Assembly: GCA_004764695.1 (NCBI GenBank)
Contig: SMSO01000036.1
Span: 1,984,001-2,048,000 of the forward strand
Direction of reading: 5' to 3'
Length of the DNA: 64,000 bases
Source of the DNA: Schizochytrium sp. TIO01
Taxonomy: Eukaryota; Protista; Bigyra: Labyrinthulomycetes
A program made the position numbers and the translations under genes. This document shows, piece by piece, positions 61,402 through 64,000 of the stretch (positions are counted from its first letter, which is position 1; every line of letters begins with the position of its first letter). The notes under the pieces are model-generated. The model was not told the origin of the DNA and searched no databases. It was given only the letters and a program-made list of their open reading frames with translations.

Positions 61402-64000
61402 ATGGCGGACGCCGGCAACGTCGGCAGCTCAGACTTACGGGAAGAGCCCGAAACCCGCGCTGCTCAGATCGAGAGTGGCAGCGAAGGTACAGCTGAGGCG
61501 GAGTCGGCAACTCCAAGCGCCACAGAGGTCTTTGCGAAGAACAAGAACAGCACTGAGGTGCAGAATTCCGAAACGGAAATGGATACTGCGGAAAAGGACT
61601 CCGTTCAAGCCACGAGTGGTCTTGAAGACAGCGATATCCAGAATCTCGATGACGCCGGAAACGCCGCAATCGACTGCCAAACTGGTCATGAGCAGGAAAT
61701 TGTTCAGGAGCGGAAGGATCTGAAGAGCTCAATGAAACAGAGCTCGGAGGTCCAACATGTGTCAAATGATGACGCAAGTGACGGAAATGGCTTGCTGGAA
61801 ACATCCAATGATCAGGACGAGAATGTAGAAGATTCGGCGGATGCAAATGAGAGCGACGAAGGATCTTGGGACGAACAGGACCCTTATACGCAAGTTCCAG
61901 CGCCATTCAATGGGGATGGTAGCGAGCTTGCACAAGGTCTCCAGACAATGCAACTTGACTCTCCCATGGGCTCAGACGATGAAGAAAATCACGAGGATCA
62001 GTCAAACATTTTGAGCTATGCAGAGGCAGTGGCTTTAGGGAGTAGTATTGATTCCCCTGAGGCTGCAAATACTAGTGGTGGTCAAAGCCCCCCCCCGAGC
62101 CTCAACCAGGACGAGCATGAGCACCAAGAAGAGCAAGTTGAGGTACCTGCGAGCCCGGGTAGTAGTGCTGACTACGCTTCTGCTACTAGCGAGCATGTTC
62201 CATCAGGCGATGATGATGATGATGATGATCATGAACGACCACGACCACGACGACGAGAGTGCCAACGATGTCCAAGGGGACCTCCATATGGAGAATGGTG
62301 TCAACGTTGTAGAAGGAGGCCACAGAGGAGCGGAGGATGAGATCGACGTCTCCAATAGCGTTGAACATGTACCTAAGAATGGAAGTACAATCAACACTGA
62401 TGAACCAAGCTTTACCGATTCTGGCGAAAGCAATGTGCCGATATCAGAGGCTAATGCGCCAGGTCAAAACATCGAAGAAGGACATACAGTTTCGCCTGAT
62501 AATGATCACAGAAACACTGTTGTACTTAAACCTGAGCACGAGCACGTTGAAGAAAATGCCTCCCCGGCAGTCGACAACGGAAACATCTCTAGCGTAAAGG
62601 CACAGGAGCAATCCAAACCACTTGCCTCTTCAGCACCACCTTTACCTGCTCGGGATAGTGAGGAAGAAGGCAATTTAGTTAACTTTGCTAGCCTTCCCGT
62701 GGAGTCAGAGTCGAAGGTTGCAGTTCCTGATGTTGTACCAACTGTAGATGCCACTATGGAAGCAGATATGGAAGATGCCCCACGCATTCCGGAAGACGAT
62801 GATGAAGCTGAACACGTGCATATTCAAGGTGACAACATCATGCAGAGCGATATTTTTGGCAATATTAATGCCAGTGAAGCAAGCAGGTCTGGGCCTGTCT
62901 ATAGTGGATCAGCGCCAGAAAATAACGAAGGCCATACCGGCGCATCTGTGGTCTCAGGTGGTATCAGTGAGGAAGATGCTACAACTAGCTCTGTTTTTCA
63001 GTTTGATTCAGCTAAGCCATGGTATATGTTTGGAAGAGGTACTGTAGATACGTCAGGAGCCTCAGGTGCACCGGCTTGGGAACCAGATGCTTCGAAGTCT
63101 GAGTGTACTTTATGCCGGAGTAAATTTGACTTTTTCCGTCGCAGACATCACTGTCGCATGGATGGCAAAATTTATTGTAAGAACTGTTGTAATCAGTTTC
63201 GGCTCTTGCCTGCACAATTCGGTGTTCGTGAGCCTCAACGTGTATGCAATACCTGCTGCACGAAGTTGGACCCACTTCAAGATGAGCTTGCAGCGACTAT
63301 TAGCAATGCAACAAGAGAGCTTGGTCGCTCAGGTGGCAGCGCTGCTAGTGGCAATTGCGCACCAGGAGCGCATATGGGTAGTGCAAGTAGCACTACCAGT
63401 GATGAGTCAACTCAACACTCGCAGTCATCTAGCTTGTCTTCTCCAGGTGCTCTCTTGGGAGGTAGGGTAAACATTTCCTCACCTGTGAGTTTTTCAATGT
63501 CAGCAGAAATAATGAAAGCAGCAAATGCTGTAGATAATTTCTTTGGAACTTCTCAGCAGTCTATGTTGCGGGATGAATATATTCCTGCAATGTTGCTGAA
63601 GCAGGCCAAGGGGATTGCTTTCTTAACTGTTGTCAAGATGGGTTTCGTTGTGACTACACGCTTTGGCACTGGCCTTGTGGTTGGTCGAGACCGGCATGGA
63701 TCATGGACTGCTCCTAGCGCTATCGGTCTAGCTGGTTTTGGATGGGGTGCACAAATGGGGGGCGAAGTTACAGATTTTGTAATTATTCTCAATACAGAAA
63801 GTGCAGTTGATGCTTTTAGTGGGAACAGCCAGGTTGCCTTGGGATCCCAATTGAGCCTCGCCGCTGGTCCACTCGGTCGGACTGGAGAAGCTTCTGTAAA
63901 TGTAAGCATGGGTGGCGAGAGCCGTATTGCCCCTTCTTATACGTACTCCCAGTCGAAGGGCCTCTTTGTAGGTATCAGTCTTGAAGGTGCTGTCATCCGA
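61402..64000 (+). CDS. FYVE zinc finger + SYLF/Ysc84 domain protein (plant CFS1/FYVE2-like architecture); 3' partial; apparent 1-bp insertion at 62234/62235
   Basis: Acidic N-terminus from ATG 61402. The +1 frame from 62237 is open to the window end. It encodes WEPD..CTLC..FRRRHHCRMDGKIYCKNC..RVCNTC (from 63077), then IPAMLLKQAKGIAFLTVVKMG..GTGLVV..WTAPSAIG..GWGAQMGGEVTDFVIILN..YSQSKGLFVGISLEG. Confidence 0.9.

Overview
This is eukaryotic nuclear DNA. It is intron-poor with microsatellite-rich intergenic DNA, which suggests a stramenopile such as a thraustochytrid (inference only). Eight protein-coding genes are supported: NOP14 (two exons), TRM1 tRNA dimethyltransferase, a three-repeat MYB factor, two tandem secreted sulfatases, an acylated NDK-like protein, a ~2160-aa LRR protein ending in a NEL E3 ubiquitin ligase domain, and a FYVE+SYLF protein that runs off the window. 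Four things stand out. (1) The LRR-NEL ligase has the IpaH/SspH bacterial effector architecture with intact catalytic motifs, yet sits among eukaryotic genes and carries UIM-like and U-box-like additions. (2) The NOP14 intron holds an H/ACA snoRNA whose pocket points at the 18S site equivalent to yeast Psi1181. (3) A ~31-kb gene-free region upstream of MYB is built from AT-rich spacers, microsatellites, eroded minus-strand coding relics and a series of 200-350 nt foldable plus-strand islands. (4) Single-base insertions in repeat tracts split two neighbouring genes. All folds and alignments were done by eye and need computational confirmation.
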